From: an uncultured Spirochaetota bacterium
GTDB taxonomy: Bacteria; Spirochaetota; Spirochaetia; SZUA-6; Fen-1364
DNA length: 64,000 nucleotides
Direction of reading: 5' to 3'
Assembly: GCA_963734545.1 (NCBI GenBank)
Contig: CAVTHO010000006.1
Span: 224,001 to 288,000, forward strand
The translations under genes and the position numbers were made by a program. Each line of letters starts with the position of its first letter. Positions within the stretch are counted from its first letter, which is position 1. Of this stretch, positions 62,892 to 64,000 are shown one piece after another. Under the pieces are notes generated by a model that made no database searches, was not told the origin of the DNA, and saw only the letters and a program-made list of their open reading frames with translations.

Positions 62892-63350
62892 CTATTTCAC
62901 CCCGTATACCACCACGCGCGCCTTGCCGTCCTGCCAGTTGCCCACTGTCTTGTAGGTGAACTGGATCGTCTTGATTCTGCGCTTTCCCCCGCTGAAATCG
63001 ATCTGCCGGGAGCGCGAGCCCTCCTTGAATATGAGCCGGGTCTGGAGCTGCTGCTTCTCGCCGTTGCTGTAGGCAATGACGAGGTTGAAGAGCTCCACGT
63101 CATTCTTTTCCACCCTGAAGAAGAGAGACCGGAACGATCCCTCATAGTTGCCGACGGCGATTGTGTCGTGATCGGCCTTGAAGTCCACAGACCGCTCTCC
63201 CAGCAGGACGGAATCCCTCGGCGCCCCAGGGGCGGAGGCCCTGCCCGGAGGGGCGCTGCTCCGGCCCGGAGGAGCAGGCTTGCCCGGAGGGACGGTCGCG
63301 CATGAGCTCACCAGCAGCACAACGGCCGCGAAAAGGAGTAAATTTCTCAT
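62892..63350 (-). CDS. Small lipoprotein, DUF2541/YaaI-like (paralog 2)
   Basis: Lipobox VSSC; LLGERSVDF..DHDTI…EGSRSR.ID…IQFTYKTVG. Confidence 0.75.
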   Translation of the reverse strand: MRNLLLFAAVVLLVSSCATVPPGKPAPPGRSSAPPGRASAPGAPRDSVLLGERSVDFKADHDTIAVGNYEGSFRSLFFRVEKNDVELFNLVIAYSNGEKQQLQTRLIFKEGSRSRQIDFSGGKRRIKTIQFTYKTVGNWQDGKARVVVYGVK

Positions 63351-63429
63351 ACTGCCTCCTCGGCCATGATTATATCCCGCTCCCGATGGAATTGGACAGC
63401 AGGAGTTTTTAGGGGTAAGATCGTTCCCC

Positions 63430-64000
63430 ATGAGCGATCGCATGCGCCTCGTGCCCTTCCGGGAGCTTTTTCTCAGGGCACTGGCGGAGTTCCGGGCAAA
63501 GGGATCGATATTCGACCTCCCTCTTGCGCACTTCTGGCAGTCCGCCGGCACCCGGGCCGCCCCGATATTCACCTCGCACGCCGCCAATCCCGTGGGGCCG
63601 GCTGCGGGCCCGCACACCCAGCTCAGCCAGAATATCCTCGCTGCCTGGCTGGCAGGGGGGCGCTACATCGAGCTGAAGACAGTGCAGAAGCTCGATTCGC
63701 TCACCGTCGCCAAGCCCTGCATCGACGCCGCGGACGAAGGCTACAACGTCGAGTGGTCCACCGAGCTCAGCCTCGACGAGGCCTACGACGAGTACCTCAA
63801 GGCATGGCTGCTCGTGCACTCCTTCCATACGCTCATGGGCGCGGAGCCGCGCGAACCGGAAACGCTTTTCAACATGAGCGTCGGTTACGATCTCGACGGC
63901 ATCAAGACGGAGAAGATGAACCGGATCATCGACCGGCTGATCGACTCCTCGTCCGAGCCCCTCTTCACGCGCTACCGGGAGGAGCTTGCCGCGCTGGCCG
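63430..64000 (+). CDS. ygfK: Putative selenate reductase/oxidoreductase YgfK (3'-truncated; absent from the ORF track because there is no stop in the window)
   Basis: Manual translation: MSDRMRLVPF…PVGPAAGPHTQLSQNI.AAWLAGGRYIELKTVQ..D…KPCIDA.DEGYNVEWSTEL…FNMSVGYDL.GIK. Confidence 0.88.
   Translation, partial: MSDRMRLVPFRELFLRALAEFRAKGSIFDLPLAHFWQSAGTRAAPIFTSHAANPVGPAAGPHTQLSQNILAAWLAGGRYIELKTVQKLDSLTVAKPCIDAADEGYNVEWSTELSLDEAYDEYLKAWLLVHSFHTLMGAEPREPETLFNMSVGYDLDGIKTEKMNRIIDRLIDSSSEPLFTRYREELAALA

Overview
GC-rich bacterial chromosome segment, probably a free-living anaerobic or facultative Spirochaetia-like organism (inferred from gene content only). About 50 protein-coding genes; no rRNA, tRNA, CRISPR array, transposase or phage genes were recognised. 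Many genes, including the essential aspS, carry 1-bp frameshifts. These are most likely long-read assembly indels, so those genes are reconstructed across frames. Main blocks: (1) aspS, class II aldolase/DeoR, SrkA kinase, ABC-F, nitroreductase and a heterodimeric ABC exporter (1-10.7 kb). (2) A ~28 kb sugar-catabolism island (10.8-39.3 kb) with two sugar ABC importers, three Gfo/Idh/MocA dehydrogenases, four TIM-barrel epimerase/lyase-like proteins, a Zn-ADH, a PMI-like cupin, an FGGY kinase, an aldolase, and LacI and PAS-LuxR regulators. Shared operators are visible in the DNA. (3) A PurD-like ligase, rlmN, steroid 5-alpha-reductase, an EIIA-diadenylate cyclase/AAA kinase/polB operon and clpS-clpA-mgtC/aat. 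(4) A two-gene cyclic-nucleotide module: a Lys/Ala-tail-cNMP-degenerate GGDEF protein followed by a probable cNMP-GGDEF-DHH/DHHA1 fusion. (5) PLP enzymes, twin lipoproteins and the start of ygfK. The most unusual signals are the cNMP-GGDEF-DHH module and a family of REP-like hairpin repeats. At four loci these repeats carry a 26-bp double-hairpin module nested in the loop, between GTAC-like direct repeats, with compensatory stem changes.
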